From: Cenococcum geophilum
Taxonomy: Eukaryota
Assembly: GCA_050273025.1 (NCBI GenBank)
Contig: CP158635.1
Location: 25,916,001 to 25,980,000, forward strand
DNA length: 64,000 nucleotides
Direction of reading: 5' to 3'
Each line of letters opens with the position of its first letter. Position 1 is the first letter of the stretch. Under the pieces are notes generated by a model, which did not search any database, was not told where the DNA came from, and was given only the letters and a program-made list of their open reading frames with translations. The position numbers were made by a program, and so were the translations under genes. Shown here piece by piece: positions 62,977 through 64,000 of the stretch.

Positions 62977-64000
62977 AAGTCTATTATATTAACCAAGTCT
63001 CTTATAGATCTCCTTTTTAACTTTAATAAAGTGTTAAGAATTCGCGTTATTTGGAGCTTTAATAACCTTGTTTTAAAGTTTATCGTAATATATAGTGCCC
63101 GAAATTCCCTAGCTGATAAGATTCTTATAGCTACAGCTAGGGGGTAGCACTACAATAAGGTCTATAAGTATTAAAGTAGTAAAGGGCTTTAAAGGGGTGG
63201 CAAAATCCCGGTGTCTGGCTGACTAATCTATTATTCACCCTAGATTTTAGACGCTATTCTTAGACGAGATTAGTTTTTATAGCAGATACACTAACCCTAG
63301 GTCCTCCGTCTAAGCCATACTAAGTCTTATTTATTCTAAACTTCGTCTTAAAAATATAACGACGAAAATGTTTTGCAGGACTCTACATTCCTTAATAGTC
63401 TGTATAAAATTTTCTAATTATTCCCGTGCACCTACAAAACATTCCTTTACATAATTAGATAGTAGTATTTCCATAGCCTCTAACACATAGCACCCTCAAT
63501 TTGGTAGCGAGTGAGTTGGCTTATCTACCCCTATAGCCTAAGCTTTCTAGCCATCTATACAATCTATCCTTCATTCCGTTACTCTGCTATATATTCCTTA
63601 AGTACTTATTTAAAGGCTTCTCTTTTAAATTTCGCCTCTCGCTCTATATTGCAATTAGTCCAGAAAATTATATTATTAAAGGATATATACTTAGACAGTA
63701 GCGTAGAACCGCAAGTTTATTAGAAAGCTTCTTATAGGCTTTACCAGAAATATTATACGCACCAACTACGTACTTAACACCTTCTTTGTAAATCATATTA
63801 TAAAGGATCTTTAAACTTAATATAGTGCGGTTACTAAGAGGCATTGCAATATAAATAAGTACAGAGTAATTGCTATTAGTTATACAAACGCTTTCGTTAA
63901 AGTTAGCGGCAAGGACTTAAAATCTTACTACTATAGGGGCGGCTTTAAGAGTTACAAGAGCGGCTATAAAAGTATCCTTAGGATTAGGAACCTCCTTAGG

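Larger units (their letters stand above)
41950..64000. other. AT-rich, RIP-mutated transposon block
   Basis: Long ORFs disappear, TpA is visibly enriched, and TE motifs show systematic TGG>TAG, CAA>TAA and GAC>AAC changes. Confidence 0.9.

Noticed and set aside
62992..64000. Possible DUF3435/Starship captain or other recombinase remnant
   Set aside because: Looks like decayed coding sequence, but I could not recognise any diagnostic motif; left unclassified.

Overview
Eukaryotic DNA from a filamentous ascomycete (short GT-AG introns with CTAAC-type branch points, strong RIP signature; Dothideomycete-like, species not determinable here). The window has two compartments. About 1-41.9 kb is gene-rich: RPL5 (partial), ARP2, a Pro/Ser-rich hypothetical gene, a flavin amine oxidase, EFM7/NNT1, a Mac1/GRISEA-like copper-fist factor, a SUN/GH132 wall protein, an amino-acid permease, BZZ1, DBP5, a DUF202 protein and MNN9. 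It also carries small TE insertions (solo LTRs, hAT-like elements, three TA-flanked MITEs) and a HET-domain pseudogene hit by four insertions. About 41.9-64 kb is an AT-rich, RIP-degraded TE nest: PIF/Harbinger, Ty3/Gypsy, a 5'-truncated Tad1-like LINE with a 15-bp TSD, and a chromodomain remnant. The most unusual items are (1) two related, oppositely oriented non-coding elements with CATC(A/G)G termini and 2-bp TSDs, built largely from minisatellite modules, and (2) an intact, intron-bearing IS630/Tc1-type transposase with a DD34D triad and no visible TIRs at the RIP boundary. All coordinates were read by eye and no database searches were run.
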